A stretch of 62,939 nucleotides of DNA, the filler included, from Neolecta irregularis DAH-3 (Eukaryota), in assembly GCA_001929475.1 (NCBI GenBank). It is 4 parts of 4 records of this genome, joined end to end, with 100 filler letters (N's around TTAATTAATTAA, not from the genome) between each part and the next. Parts side by side here need not be neighbours in the genome. Positions count along the whole stretch, not along the records: positions 61,180 to 62,939 come from LXFE01000694.1; 3 more parts are not named here. The stretch is one strand, 5' to 3'. Every line of letters starts with the position of its first letter. Positions within the stretch are counted from its first letter, which is position 1. Positions 62,715 to 62,939 of this stretch are shown piece by piece. The notes beneath the pieces are model-generated. The model did not search any database and was not told the DNA's origin. It saw nothing but the letters and a program-made list of their open reading frames with translations. Made by a program: the position numbers and the translations under genes.

Positions 62715-62939
62715 TGAACTTGACGATATTGTGGACAGTTTTAAGACTTAAGTTTGAGGGGAAGAGCTTATTATAGTCGCGTTATTTGGTCTCTGTGGTC
62801 TATCTCTCATGGTTTTGTAAAACTTCTCGATGAAAAATACTTATGTTCATCATTCATTACAATGTACTGTCCACCTCTTACGTCAATTGACCTGGAATTC
62901 GACTGTTGTCTCATCAGTGTGTCTGTCCACCCGCCCGCC

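Overview
Eukaryotic, gene-dense fungal scaffold. Gene content and intron style suggest an early-diverging ascomycete (Taphrinomycotina, Neolecta-like); this is an inference only. I can trace about 32 protein-coding genes, mostly housekeeping: LAT1, SEC7, eIF3k, a glutaredoxin largely missed by the ORF track, RNA14, LDB17, GPI12, CDC3, POM33, a GYF/GIGYF-like protein, SQS1, JJJ1, BIR1, an ALDH, TAF4, an SPX-RING ligase, CYT1, an FBXO21-like protein, VID27, an MFG1/Adn1-like protein, DPH1, HMG-CoA lyase, ARG8, a xylitol/sorbitol dehydrogenase, SOF1, ERCC1/RAD10 and an ASNSD1-like protein. There are also two secreted-protein candidates and a frameshifted DEF1/UBAP2L-like remnant. The ORF track is fragmented because the genes carry very many tiny introns (mostly 32-48 nt). 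The strongest unusual signal is the splicing grammar. 5' sites are degenerate beyond GT/GC, and about ten GC-AG introns and one GA-AG intron are needed to keep the frame. AAG and GAG acceptors are frequent, there is no clear polypyrimidine tract, and one gene has a 7-nt micro-exon. Other points: head-to-head promoters as short as 49 bp, GC-rich islands with a G-to-C skew switch, hAT-like transposon ends, and assembly artefacts (N-gaps with TTAATTAATTAA linkers, allelic duplicates, and a scaffold piece whose end overlaps its start). No rRNA, tRNA or CRISPR array was recognised. Exon boundaries were traced by eye; CDS coordinates span start to stop codon including introns.
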